Source of the DNA: an uncultured Candidatus Rokubacteria bacterium
GTDB lineage: Bacteria > Methylomirabilota > Methylomirabilia > Rokubacteriales > CSP1-6
Length of the DNA: 64,000 bases
Direction of reading: 5' to 3'
NCBI GenBank assembly: GCA_963789955.1
Contig: CAWBMV010000016.1
Coordinates: 1 to 64,000 of the forward strand
Below the pieces are notes generated by a model, which did no database searches, was not told the DNA's origin, and saw only the letters and a program-made list of their open reading frames with translations. The position numbers and the translations under genes were made by a program. Shown here piece by piece: positions 1 to 10,315 of this stretch (its first letter is position 1; each line of letters opens with the position of its first letter).

Positions 1-311
1 AGCGCTTCGAGGTAGAGGCCGTCTTCGAGCTTTTTCAGCGGCACGATCTCCTTCGTGCCGAAGACCTCCTGCGTGTACGTCTTTGCGCAGATCGCTTTCA
101 GGTCGGCGGGCGGCAGGTCGTCGACGTACAGCGACAGGACCTCGAAAGCGAGTTCGGGATACGCGAGCCGGCGCCACTTGTCGAGCGTCGCGGCATCGAC
201 CTGCGGGTATCGCTCGGGCAGGTACAGCCCGCCGTCGGGCGCGAGTCCTTCGAGGAGGATCTCGCAGAATCTCTTGCGGGCCGGATCGCCCCGGGTCGAC
301 AGGTAGAGCAT
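1..311 (-). CDS. thrC: Threonine synthase, 5' part (runs off the window)
   Basis: Manual translation from ATG at 311: MLYLSTRGDPARKRFCEILLEGLAPDGGLYLPERYP..., the typical ThrC N-terminus (STRG, GLAPDGGLY). Confidence 0.9.
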   Translation of the reverse strand, partial: MLYLSTRGDPARKRFCEILLEGLAPDGGLYLPERYPQVDAATLDKWRRLAYPELAFEVLSLYVDDLPPADLKAICAKTYTQEVFGTKEIVPLKKLEDGLYLEA

Positions 312-319
312 CGAAGGCC

Positions 320-1495
320 TCATTGCTTGGGCGGGGAATGGGTTGCGTGCAACGCCAGCCGGGCCACGGCCACGAACCAGCGCACGCCGCAGGCCAGCAC
401 GTCGTCGTTGAAGTCGTACGACGGATGGTGCAGCGCAGCCGAATGAACCGCGCCACGCTGGCCGAGCCACAGGTAGGCCCCCGGCCGCTGCTGCAGCATG
501 AATGCGAAGTCTTCCGAGGTGAAAGCCGGCGCCGGAGCCGTTTGCGCTTCCAGGCCGGCACGGCGCGCCGCTTCCAGTGCGAGCTGCACGGGCTCGGGGT
601 GATTGATCGTGGCCGGGTAGTAGCGCGTGTACTCGACCTCGACGGCGGCGCCGCTGGCGCGTGCGACACCGGCGGCGATGTCGCGAATGGCTTGTTCGAT
701 CGTGTCCTGCACCGACGTGTCGAAACTGCGCACCGTGCCGGTCAGCTCCACCGCCGCCGGCAGCACGTTGTGCGACTGGCCGCCGCTGATGCGCGTGACC
801 GAGAGCACCGCGTTCTGCGTCGGCGGAATGCGGCGCGACACGATGGTGTGCAGCTGCGTGACCAGCTCGCTCGCCGCGAGCACCACGTCGGGTGTGCGGT
901 CCGGCTGCGCTGCGTGGCCGCCGCGGCCGCGCAGCACGATGTCGAAGCGGTCCGCCGCGGCCATGATGGGCCCGGGCCGGGTCGCTGCCGTGCCGGCCGG
1001 CAGGTCCGGCCAGTTGTGCAGCGCGTACACGGATTCGCAGGGGAAGCGATCGAACAAGCCCTGCTGCACCATCTCGCGCGCGCCGCCTCGCCCTTCTTCG
1101 GCCGGCTGGAAAATGAACGCGATGCTGCCGTCGAAGCCGCCGGCTCGCGCCAGTTGCTGCGCCGCCCCCAGCAGCATCGCGGTATGGCCGTCGTGACCGC
1201 AGCCGTGGTGCACGCCGGGGTGCCGGCTGACGTGGCGGTGTTCGGCCTGCTCGTGCATCGGCAGCGCGTCCATGTCGGCCCGCAGGCCGACCATGCGCGT
1301 CGAGTGGCCCCGGCGCAGCACGCCGACCACGCCCGTACCGGCGATGCCTTCGTGCACCTCCAGGCCGGCCTGGCGCAGCGCCGCGGCCACCACGGCGGAC
1401 GTGCGCCGTTCCTCGTAGGCCAGCTCCGGGTGGGCATGCAGGTCGCGCCGCAACGCAACCAGGGCCGGCAGCAAGTCGTCGATGTTCTCGTTCAT
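320..1495 (-). CDS. M20D family amidohydrolase (hippurate hydrolase-like)
   Basis: Motifs RRDLHAHPEL, LRADMDALP, HGCGHDGH, FQPAEEG, SEDFAF, LHHPSYDFND. Confidence 0.9.
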   Translation of the reverse strand: MNENIDDLLPALVALRRDLHAHPELAYEERRTSAVVAAALRQAGLEVHEGIAGTGVVGVLRRGHSTRMVGLRADMDALPMHEQAEHRHVSRHPGVHHGCGHDGHTAMLLGAAQQLARAGGFDGSIAFIFQPAEEGRGGAREMVQQGLFDRFPCESVYALHNWPDLPAGTAATRPGPIMAAADRFDIVLRGRGGHAAQPDRTPDVVLAASELVTQLHTIVSRRIPPTQNAVLSVTRISGGQSHNVLPAAVELTGTVRSFDTSVQDTIEQAIRDIAAGVARASGAAVEVEYTRYYPATINHPEPVQLALEAARRAGLEAQTAPAPAFTSEDFAFMLQQRPGAYLWLGQRGAVHSAALHHPSYDFNDDVLACGVRWFVAVARLALHATHSPPKQ

Positions 1496-1565
1496 GGCGC
1501 TCAATGGCCTCGCGAACAACCGACCAGACGCACACGCTGGGACATGGCCGGGCCGTGTCGCCGCT

Positions 1566-2285
1566 TCAGGCCTTCACTTCCTGCACGACGAAGAACTTGG
1601 CGACGTGCTCGCTGCTCTCCCAGCCGACGGACACACCCTGCGGCACGAAGATCGCATCGCCGGCGTGGGTCGACAGCACGCTGCCGTCGGGGCTGGCGAA
1701 GCGCACGCCGCCGGCCAGCAGGACCATGAACTCGTTCTGGCGGTGCGGGCGCACGATGCGGTGGTAGGGCGTCGAGTCCCACGTGCCGGCCTGGACCCCC
1801 GTCAACTCGTCCTTGAAGACGTTGTCGCTGCGGCACTGCGGGGCGGGGCCCAGCAGCACCTCGGGAGGCAGCGACCTGGACGGTTTGAAGTCCGCGTCGG
1901 CGCGCAGCGGCGTGATGCCGGGCTGGTTCGCCAGCTCGGCGGCGGCCGCACAGAACACGAACTGCGCGCGCGACGCCGCCTGGATGCGCACGGCTGTGCC
2001 GCGCGCGATGACGGCGCCTTCGCCACGTCGCAGCACCAGCGGTGCGGCGCCGGCGGCAACGAGGCTGAGCTCGCCTTCCACGACGACGATCGTCTCGGTG
2101 TGGGGATAGTGCGCGACATTCACTTCACCGATGAAGCCGACGCGGCCGACGCTCATCGCGCCCGGCCCTTCCCAGGCGATCTCGCGCTCGCGCGCGAGCG
2201 GGTCGGCCGTGCCGAAGGCGGCCCTGCGGAATGCGGTGGACGGCGGGGCGCCATCGGCGCGGTGAAGGAGAAGGGCTGCAGTCAT
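1566..2285 (-). CDS. Double cupin-domain protein (DUF861/EutQ-like)
   Basis: MTAALLL...; two cupin repeats (ETIVVVEGEL; GTWDSTPY...EFMVLLAGGV...AGDAIFVPQG). Confidence 0.75.
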   Translation of the reverse strand: MTAALLLHRADGAPPSTAFRRAAFGTADPLAREREIAWEGPGAMSVGRVGFIGEVNVAHYPHTETIVVVEGELSLVAAGAAPLVLRRGEGAVIARGTAVRIQAASRAQFVFCAAAAELANQPGITPLRADADFKPSRSLPPEVLLGPAPQCRSDNVFKDELTGVQAGTWDSTPYHRIVRPHRQNEFMVLLAGGVRFASPDGSVLSTHAGDAIFVPQGVSVGWESSEHVAKFFVVQEVKA

Positions 2286-2314
2286 GGTCGATGTTCCTTT
2301 GCTGTGGTCGTTGT

Positions 2315-3430
2315 TCATGGCGAAGCCGGGCCATTCCCGAAGCCGAGGATGGCCTTGGTCTCGAGGTATTCCTCCAGGCCTTCGACGCCGTATTCGCGTC
2401 CGTTGCCCGAGCGCTTGTAGCCGCCGAAGGGCGCATCGGGGCTCCAGGGCGGGTAGTTGATGTGCACCTGGCCGGCGCGGATGCGCGCGGCCACCGCACG
2501 CGCGGCAGCGAGGTCCTGGCCCTGGACGTGCGCGCCCAGGCCGTAGACCGTGCCGTTGGCGATCTCGACCGCCTCGTCCACGCTGTCGTAGGGGATGATC
2601 GACCAGCACCGGGCCGAAGATCTCCTCCTGCGCGATCCGCATCTCCGGCTGCACGTCGGAGAAGATCGTCGGGCGGCACGAAGTAGCCGCGCTCGAGCCC
2701 CTGCGGCCGGCCGGGCCCGCCGCAGACGAGGCGCGCACCTTCGTCGATGCCGACGCCGATCATTTCCTGCACGCGGGCGAACTGCGCGCGGTTGGCCACC
2801 GGGCCGTGCGTGGTCTGCGGCGACGCGGATCGCCGACGACGATCGCGGCTGCCGCCTCGCCGGCGAGGCCTCGACTTCCGCGAGGCGTTCGCGCGGCACG
2901 ATCATGCGCGTCGGCGCGCTGCACGACTGGCCGACGTTGCGCATGCCCGCCGCCAGCACGGCCGGGACGGCGCGCGCGAAATCGGCATCGGGCAGGATCA
3001 CGTTGGGCGACTTGCCGCCCAGTTCCTGCGCCACGCGCTTGACCGTCGGCGCGGCGGCCTGCGCCACCAGCACGCCCGCGCGGGTGGAGCCGGTGATCGA
3101 GATCATGTCGACGTCCGGATGCGCGGCCAGCGCGGCGCCGACCTCGGGCCCGGTGCCGTTGACCAGGTTGAACACGCCCGCCGGAACGCCGGCGTCGTGC
3201 ATCACTTCGGCGAACAGCAGCGCGCTGAACGGCGACAGCTCGCTCGGCTTGAGCACGATGGTGCAGCCGGCGGCCAGCGCCGGCGCGACCTTGGCGGTGA
3301 TCTGGTAGAGCGGCCAGTTCCACGGGCGTGATCAGGCCGCACACGCCGATGGCCTCGCGCAGGATGGCCGTGCTGCCGCGATGCGTGAGGAAGGGATAGC
3401 TCGCCGCCAGGTCGCGGGCCACGCGGATGT
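2315..3430 (-). CDS. Aldehyde dehydrogenase, lacking its 5' part (joined to pafA), with several indels
   Basis: GVCGLITP[W]NWP, LKPSE, ITGST, ELGGKSP, GQSC, EEIFGPV, PFGGYKRSGNGRE spread across frames. Confidence 0.9.
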
Positions 3431-4583
3431 CGATCGTCTCGTCGTCGGTGATCCGGTCCACTTGGTCGTTGAGCGCGAGCCGGTAGTAGACGCCCTTCTC
3501 GGGCCGGATGTCGTGGTACTGGAGGTCGAGCAGCGAGACCTTCGGGTCGCGCCACGAGAGCCGGTGGCGGTCCATAAACTTGTCGATCCACGCCTTCTTG
3601 ATCACCCAGTCGAGCTCGCGCGAGAGCTGCATCGGGTCCGACTCGAGCTTCATGAGCACGTCGGTCCAGCGGGCGAGCACGTCCTTCGTCGCCGGGTCGG
3701 GGCTGATCGAGTCCACGTAGCGCGTCGCATACTCGAGGTACTCGAGCTGCATCTGGAGCGCAGTGATCGTGCGCCCGTCCTTGAGCTTGATCGCCTCTCG
3801 CAACGTCGGGTCGTGGGAGATGTCGCGTATCGCCTGTACGGGTAATTGCAGCGAATAATCTCGATCAAAGAATCCATCCTCGATCATGTCGAGCACCAGG
3901 GCCGTTGTCCCGATCTTCAGATAGGTGGCCACTTCCGACATGTTCGAGTCGCCCACGATGATGTGCAGGCGGCGATAACGCTCGGCGTCGGCGTGCGGCT
4001 CGTCGCGTGTGTTGATGATCGAGCGCGCCGAGGTCGTGGAGCCCGAGATCTCCTGGCAGATGTGCTGGGCGCGCTGCGAGAGGCAATAGTGGAAGCCCCG
4101 CGGTGTCTGGAGCACCTTGCCCGCGCCCGCGACGATCTGGCGGGTCACGAAGAAGGGGACGAGCGCCTCGGCCAGGCGCTGAAATGACACGTCCCGGCTC
4201 ACGAGGTAGTTCTCGTGGCAGCCGTAGGTGTTACCCGCCGAGTCGGTGTTGTTCTTGAAGAGGAGGACGTTTCCGAAGAGCCCGTCCTCGCGCAGGCGCC
4301 TCTCCGCCTGGTGCCGGAGGTCCTCGAGGATCCGCTCGCCCGCCTTGTCGTGGCTGACGAGCTCGGCGACGTCATCGCACTCGGGCGTCGCGTACTCGGG
4401 GTGGAACCCGGTGTCGAGGTAGAGGCGCGCGCCGTTCTCGAGGAAGACATTGGCATTGCGAACCCCGGGGATGACCTTCTCAAAGAGGTACCGCGCGACG
4501 TTGTCGGGCGACAGGTGAAGCTGGCCGCCCAGGATGCTAGTGAGGCCGTACTCGTTCTCGAGGCCGAAGATCCGGCGTTTCAT
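3431..4583 (-). CDS. pafA: Pup--protein ligase PafA, C-terminally truncated at the junction
   Basis: MKRRIFGLENEYG, NGARLYLD...HPEYATPEC, KNNTDSAGNTYGCHENY, TRDEPHADAERYRRLH...GDSNM, DLQYHDI. Confidence 0.9.
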
Positions 4584-4878
4584 CTGGGTTTCAGCGGGGA
4601 TTTCCGATATAGACCCGTACGGCTGAGCAAGCCGCACGCTCGCCAAACTGCCGTGCCGCTGGTGCGGAATCGATGACAGGGTCCTTTTCGGGGTTGCTGC
4701 CTGCTCCTCCCCCGAGATGCCACCCCGCCCTCAGAGACACTCCCGCCGGCATTGCCCTGCTCCTCGTCTCACTCCCTCGGTGGGCCGTCCGCTCGATCAG
4801 GTCGGACGCGACGTGAGTCGCTCGATGCGCCGGAGGATCTTCCCAAACCGGGGGCGCGTCAAGTGGCTCTCGTCCAAC

Positions 4879-6381
4879 TGCCGCTGCTAAATAGAACTGT
4901 CCTCCCTATCTGTTCGATAGAAGTGTCCCCCCATGGAGACCTTCTCGATGAGCAGCAAGGAAGTGCCGCGGGCCGGGTTGCTCAAGGCCGCGCTGGCCGG
5001 ACGCATCACGAATGCGCAAGGGGCGAGGGCGTTGAGGTTGAGCGTGCGGCAGTTTCGGCGCCTGAAGAAGCGGTTCCGCGAGCGGGGGCCCGCCGGCCTG
5101 CTCCACGCCCTGCGCGGGCGCCCCGGTAACCGACGGCTGGCCCCGCAGGCGCGCGAGCAGATCGCCGGGCTCATGACCACGACCTACGCCGGCTTCAATG
5201 ACGTCCATCTCACCGAGAAGCTGCGCGAGGTCCATCAGCTCGCCGTCAGTCGCTCCGCGGTCCGCGGCATCCGCCTGGCGCTCGGCCGCCCGGCGACGCG
5301 CCGGCGGGCCGCCCCGCAGCATCGCAGCCGGCGCCCCCGCAAACCGGCCCTCGGTCAATTGGCCCAGCTCGACGCCAGCCCCTTCGCCTGGTTCGAGGAC
5401 CGCGGCCCGGTGGCGACGCTGCATGGCGTGATCGATGATGCGACCTCCACGCCGCTCGCCCTGTGGTTCCGCCCCAACGAGGATCTACATGGCTACGTCG
5501 CCGTGCTCGAGCGCACCTGCCGGATCTATGGCCTGCCGCTGGAACTCTACGGCGATCGCCTCAACGTCTTCGCGCGCAACGATGCCCACTGGACGCTGGC
5601 CGAAGAGCTCCAGGGCCACCAGGACCCCACGCACTTCGGCCGCATGCTCCAGGCCCTGGGCATTGGCTTCATCCGGGCCCACTCGCCGCAAGCCAAGGGC
5701 CGCATCGAACGGCTCTGGGGCACCCTCCAGGATCGCCTCACCAGCGAATTGCGCCTCCGCGGCCTCCGCACGCTCGAGGACGGCAACGCCTTCCTGCCCG
5801 AGTTCCTCGCCGACTTCACGCGCCGCTTTGCGCGGCCACCCGCGGACGCCACCCCCGCCTGGCGGCCGGTGCCGCGCGATCTCGCCGACCTCTTGAGCTG
5901 CCGGTATCAGCGCACGGTCGCCCGCGACAACACCGTGCACCTCGGGCCGCGCTGGGTGCAGATTCCCCCCGGCCCTCGCGGGCGCTCCTATGCCGGCTGT
6001 CACGTCCAGGTCCAGGAACGCCTCGACGGCCATCTCCGCGTCCTCTACCACGACACCGTGATCGCCCGTCAGCCGTCGCCCGACCCCGCCTTCGTGCTGA
6101 AGCCGCGCGAGGGGCCCGGGCAGGGGCGCCGCAGTCCCCGGCGCGGGCCCCTCCGTCACGCCCTCGGTGAGCTCGGGCGCGCTCAGCTCACGCCGGCGCG
6201 CGCGGCCCAGAGCACCCCCAATCCTTGCCCACCACCTACCTCAGCCCGCCGTCGCAATGCGCCCACGCATCCATGGAACGCGACCTTTTCACGTCGCCAA
6301 CGCGCTGTGAACGCCGCACGACTCACCGAGCCGGACATTTCTATTTAACAGTGGGGAGGACATTCTCGTTGAACAGCGACA
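4879..6381 (+). mobile_element. IS1202-group (ISNCY/IS481-related) insertion sequence with a 16-bp target duplication
   Basis: TG...CA ends; imperfect IRs (tgccgctgctaaatagaactgtcc versus reverse complement tgtcgctgttcaacgagaatgtcc), each with two sub-repeats; direct repeat gtggctctcgtccaac at 4863-4878 and 6382-6397. Confidence 0.88.
4933..6348 (+). CDS. DDE transposase, IS1202/ISNCY type
   Basis: N-terminal HTH; QLDAS, IDDATS, LYGDR, AHSPQAKGRIERLWGTLQDRL. Confidence 0.92.
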   Translation: METFSMSSKEVPRAGLLKAALAGRITNAQGARALRLSVRQFRRLKKRFRERGPAGLLHALRGRPGNRRLAPQAREQIAGLMTTTYAGFNDVHLTEKLREVHQLAVSRSAVRGIRLALGRPATRRRAAPQHRSRRPRKPALGQLAQLDASPFAWFEDRGPVATLHGVIDDATSTPLALWFRPNEDLHGYVAVLERTCRIYGLPLELYGDRLNVFARNDAHWTLAEELQGHQDPTHFGRMLQALGIGFIRAHSPQAKGRIERLWGTLQDRLTSELRLRGLRTLEDGNAFLPEFLADFTRRFARPPADATPAWRPVPRDLADLLSCRYQRTVARDNTVHLGPRWVQIPPGPRGRSYAGCHVQVQERLDGHLRVLYHDTVIARQPSPDPAFVLKPREGPGQGRRSPRRGPLRHALGELGRAQLTPARAAQSTPNPCPPPTSARRRNAPTHPWNATFSRRQRAVNAARLTEPDISI

Positions 6382-6680
6382 GTGGCTCTCGTCCAACTGG
6401 AGGACAAAGGGCCGCACCGCGGCCGATACAGCCTGAGCCCTTCGACGCCACCAGTTGCGAGCGCGGTTTCCGCGTGCTCCTTCAGCTTCCAACCCGGGAT
6501 CAAGTCCTTACCACCTTCGTATAACATCCAGAACCACCGCCAGCATCGGCGTCCCTCTGTCCATTCCTAGTCTCCTCGTCGAGCCGCTACCGGATCGTCA
6601 GCGACGAATCAGGTCAGGCTGAAGGCGCGCAGACGACCGTCCGCGCCTGCAGACATTCGGGGCATCTTCCGGGGGAGGCG

Positions 6681-7673
6681 CTAGGCCTCACCCGCTCGTT
6701 CGGATTGAGCGCGCTGCCGCTCGAGCTCCTCGGGCTCCAGGCGCATGCCGAGCGAGAGGCCCATCGCCCCGAGGATCGTCGTGATCTCGTTGAGCGATTT
6801 CTTGCCGAAGTTCTTCGTCTTGAGCAGCTCGGCCTCGGTCCTGGGCACGAGCTCGGCGATGGTCCGGATGTTCGCGCTCTTGAGGCAATTCGACGCGCGG
6901 ACGGAGAGCTCCAGCTCGGCGACGCTGCGGAAGAGGTTCTCATTCCGCTCGGGCTGCGGCCGCGTCTCGTCGCGCTTAGCCGCCGCCTCCTCCGGTGTCG
7001 CCTGGGGAAAGTTCGTGAGCAGTTCGAAGTGGTCCTCAAGGATCCGCGACGCCTCGGCGACCGCCGTGCCCGGCGCGACGCTGCCATCGGTCCACACCTC
7101 GAGGACGAGCCGCTGCCGGCCGTCCACGGCCGGCTCGACGTGGAAGTTCACGCGCTCGACCGGCGAGAAGTCGGCGTCGAGCAGGATCGCGTGGATGGGC
7201 AGCGCCTCGGGCTCGCGCTTCTCGGCGGGCACGTAGCCGCGGCCACGCTCGACGCACACTTCCATCTCGAGCACGCCGTCCTTGTCGAGCGTGGCGAGCA
7301 GCACCTCGGGGGTGAGGATCTCGATGTCGGCGTCCTTCTCAAAGTCGCTCGCCGTGACCGTGCCTGGGCCCTGCGCCTTCAGCCGGAGGATCTTCGGGCG
7401 GTTGACGTGCAGCACGAAGGCCACCTTCCGGAGGCTCATCACGATGTCGAGGGTGTCCTCCGTGACCCCGGGCAGGTGCGAGAACTCGTGGAGCACATGC
7501 TCGATCTTCACCCACGTCGGCGCGGCCCCGGGGATCGCCGACAGAAGGACCCGGCGGTAGGCGATGCCCACCGTGAGGGCGAACCCCGGCTCGAATGGCT
7601 CCATGACCAGCTTGCCGTAGCGCTGTTCCTGGATAGCCCAGTCGTGCCGCGCGGGAAGCCGAAGATCCAGCAA
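6681..7673 (-). CDS. rpoA: RNA polymerase alpha subunit, stand-alone divergent paralog
   Basis: [59 protein letters not shown] start after GAAGGGGG; no rpsD or rplQ neighbours. Confidence 0.88.
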   Translation of the reverse strand: MLDLRLPARHDWAIQEQRYGKLVMEPFEPGFALTVGIAYRRVLLSAIPGAAPTWVKIEHVLHEFSHLPGVTEDTLDIVMSLRKVAFVLHVNRPKILRLKAQGPGTVTASDFEKDADIEILTPEVLLATLDKDGVLEMEVCVERGRGYVPAEKREPEALPIHAILLDADFSPVERVNFHVEPAVDGRQRLVLEVWTDGSVAPGTAVAEASRILEDHFELLTNFPQATPEEAAAKRDETRPQPERNENLFRSVAELELSVRASNCLKSANIRTIAELVPRTEAELLKTKNFGKKSLNEITTILGAMGLSLGMRLEPEELERQRAQSERAGEA

Positions 7674-7749
7674 GCAGACCCCCTTCAACGCATAAGAAAG
7701 ATTCGACGCGACCGCGACAAGAACGACACAGGAGCGTTGAGCTGACTTT

Positions 7750-7777
7750 AGACTACTCTTCCCGCCCCGACGGTCAA
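7750..7777 (-). promoter_or_regulatory. Putative sigma70 promoter of the rpoA paralog
   Basis: TTGACC-16 nt-TAGTCT on the minus strand. Confidence 0.4.
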
Positions 7778-7889
7778 CCTGGTCCAGCACTCCCTACGCG
7801 GCGACGGGATTTCTGTTCCCGATCACTGGGTCTGAGTTGCAGCGATCTCCACCCTCCTGGGCGCATGCGCTACGCCGACCAGCGGTCCT

Positions 7890-8321
7890 TTAGCTTTCGC
7901 CACGTGATCGTCCTTTCCACGCGCGCTTGGCCACGCTGCGCGCGATCGCGCTCAGGCGCTCGCCGGCGTGGCCCGCGCGGCTCCAGAAGAGCCGCGCGCG
8001 GTCGATCGCGCCGAGGTGCGAGAAGTAGTAGACGCCGTCCACGGCCTCGATGGCTACCCGCGAGCCGATTCGCAGCCCGCGCGTCTCGGCGCCGTGGCAG
8101 ACGAAGCGGGCGCCGCCGCTCAGCTCGACCAGCGCGATATGAAGGGGTGAACGGAAGCCCTGGGGCGGCGAGTGGAGCGTGGTGAAGGAAACCACTTCCC
8201 CGGCCCCGATCACCGAGGTGCGCACCATCTCGACTGGGTGGCGCGGACACCAACGCGCGGGCGGCGCCGCGACGAACCCACACACGGGACACCGGGAGGC
8301 CGCGATCTGCTCGATCTTCAT
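7890..8321 (-). CDS. Zn-ribbon/OB-fold protein (DUF35, ChsH2-like)
   Basis: CPVCG...WCPRH, then GEVVSFTT...PLHIALVEL OB-fold pattern. Confidence 0.7.
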   Translation of the reverse strand: MKIEQIAASRCPVCGFVAAPPARWCPRHPVEMVRTSVIGAGEVVSFTTLHSPPQGFRSPLHIALVELSGGARFVCHGAETRGLRIGSRVAIEAVDGVYYFSHLGAIDRARLFWSRAGHAGERLSAIARSVAKRAWKGRSRGES

Positions 8322-8450
8322 CTGGTAGTTCTGGCAGGGCTCGATGGCGCCCGCGAACCCGCTCCTGACGACACCTTGGCACCGCTACACTCAGGGCAGA
8401 TCGGCCATCGTCGATGGCCAGTGCTTAACGAGGTCCCTCCGCCGTCGCCG

Positions 8451-8747
8451 TCATCGCGCGCGCCCGGCCAAGAGGCTCGCCATCCGCCGCTGGTACTTCG
8501 CCTGGCGCCGGCTGCTGATGCCCGCCTCGCGGAGGGTGTCCTCAGGCGTGGTCGTGTGTTCTTCGTGAGAGCTAGCGCGGCACTGCCAGACGTCGTCGCG
8601 CTCTAGCATCCGTCTCCAGACTTCCAGCATGTCTTCGACGTGTCGGAAGAAGCCCGATCGGTTACGTGCGGGCACCTGCATGAGTACGTTGCGAAGGCAC
8701 TGGGCGAACGCATCGACTTCGGGGTCGGTCGTACTCGGCGCCGCCAT
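8451..8747 (-). CDS. Hypothetical protein
   Basis: Strong SD (GGGGAGG) before ATG; 98 aa; no recognised motif. Confidence 0.4.
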   Translation of the reverse strand: MAAPSTTDPEVDAFAQCLRNVLMQVPARNRSGFFRHVEDMLEVWRRMLERDDVWQCRASSHEEHTTTPEDTLREAGISSRRQAKYQRRMASLLAGRAR

Positions 8748-8884
8748 CACATCGACCTCCCCTCGGCTTCCGATACTCGCGCTCGATCTCAACCGCCCAC
8801 CACTCGCCCGGCCAACGCACCAGCGATCAGCCCGATCGGGACGAACAGGACGAAGTGCATGGGTCGCTCCTTCTCAGAATGTTC

Positions 8885-9030
8885 ACTCTGCGGGATCGTC
8901 AGTCCAAGCGCCTTGGCCGTCATGAGATTGATCATTAGCTCCGAACTTCGTCGGCTGCTCCACCGGAAGATCAGCAGGCTTGGGCCTTTCAGGATCTTGT
9001 CCACGTAGACGGCGGCGCGGCGATTCGAAT
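8885..9030 (-). pseudogene. C-terminal remnant of an ABC_sub_bind-type substrate-binding protein
   Basis: RRAAVYVDKILKG / KPADLPVEQPTKF / LMINLMTAKALGLTIPQS spread over frames. Confidence 0.7.
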
Positions 9031-9558
9031 CCGCATAGTGGACCGTGACTCGGCGATCCGCGATTACTAGGACGTTCGTGCGATGAACGGATGCCCTGCG
9101 AAAAGCGGTCAGCTCGATCGCGGGAGACGCTGACAAAGGCGTTGGGCCATGGGTTCACCCGTCCCGTGGGTCAGACAAGCTCAGATCTTCGGGGGCGTGG
9201 GCGGGCAACACCCGCCCACGGCATCCCCTCTTGTCTCTTGCGCAGAATCACCTGCGCGCCCAAGCTAGGCAGCCGGGCCTTGGTTCTGCTGAGTGCCTGT
9301 CGCGCCGCTTGGAACCGCTAGCTCGTTCCCGACGACGCCGTCTCCGAGCCCGGTGGCGTGGTGTCCATTTCCGATCCCCCGATCGCTCAGGAGTTCTACT
9401 CGCGGTACGCGGGGCGCCCTGCGTCGCCGCATCCCCCTTCTACTCCGCCGAGTCGTTGGCGTCAAGGCGCACAGAACGAGCGCAGAACAGGCCATTGGAC
9501 GCATTCCGGCCAGCTTCCCGGCGCCGGCGCGCGAGAGATGTCGGAGTCGTTGCCCCTG

Positions 9559-9955
9559 ACGTTCATGAACGAGGCCGGCGAGAAGTTTTGCGGGGGGTGT
9601 GGCAGATCGTTGACGGCAACAGCCAGGCCTGTTGAACCGCGGCTCACATTGCCCGAGGCCTACACGCCGAAGCACCTCGCGGCGAAGATTCTCACGTCCA
9701 AGGCCGCCCTCGAGGGCGAGCGCAAGCACGTCACCGTCCTCTTCGCCGATCTGAAGGGCTCGATGGAGCTGCTCGCCGACCGCGATCCCGAGGAGGCGCG
9801 GAAGATTCTCGATCCGGTCCTCGAACTGATGATGGAGGCCGTGCATCGCTACGAGGGGACGGTGAACCAGGTAATGGGCGACGGGATCATGGCACTCTTC
9901 GGCACTCCGCTCGCACACGAGGATCACGCGGTGCGGGCGTGCGACGCGGCGCTCC
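9559..9955 (+). pseudogene. N-terminal fragment of a zinc-ribbon class III adenylate/guanylate cyclase (AAA-TPR type)
   Basis: KFCGGCG, EGERKHVTVLFADLKGS, TVNQVMGDGIMALFG, HEDHAVRAC, then loss of similarity. Confidence 0.8.
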
Positions 9956-10055
9956 GCAAGCCACACGAAGAACAAGTAGACGCGAACGACAGCCCGCACT
10001 CACCGCGGAAGCGGCGTCCCCTCACGGTGCTCTGCGTGGCACCGCGGACAGACCA

Positions 10056-10285
10056 TCAACGCAGCTCGCGTATTTCCTTCTCCGCCTGCTCCAGCCAAAA
10101 CCGCATGTCCATGTCGCGGTACATCGTCGTCGCGCTGGTGAGGTGCTCCTGCGCCTGCTCGCGCTGGCCCGTGCGCCGGTAGAGCTTGCCGAGGCCGAGG
10201 TGGCAGTGGGCGACGAGCGGGCGCATGCCCAGTTCGTCGGCGAGCGCCAGGGCTTCGCGGTAGTAGCCTTCAGCGTCCTCGGCGC
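10056..10285 (-). pseudogene. C-terminal TPR remnant of the same cyclase family
   Basis: Manual translation: YYREALALADELGMRPLVAHCHLGLGKLYRRTGQREQAQEHL...MDMRFWLEQAEKE. Confidence 0.75.
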
Positions 10286-10315
10286 CGCGCGGTCATTCAG
10301 GATCTCCGCGCCGCG

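Noticed and set aside
2760..4646. 628-aa ORF as a novel PafA-ALDH fusion enzyme
   Set aside because: Both parts are truncated and appear to come from different taxa; best explained as a chimeric junction
4690..4878. Possible older mobile-element remnant serving as the IS target
   Set aside because: No recognisable transposase motif or terminal repeat could be supported from the sequence alone
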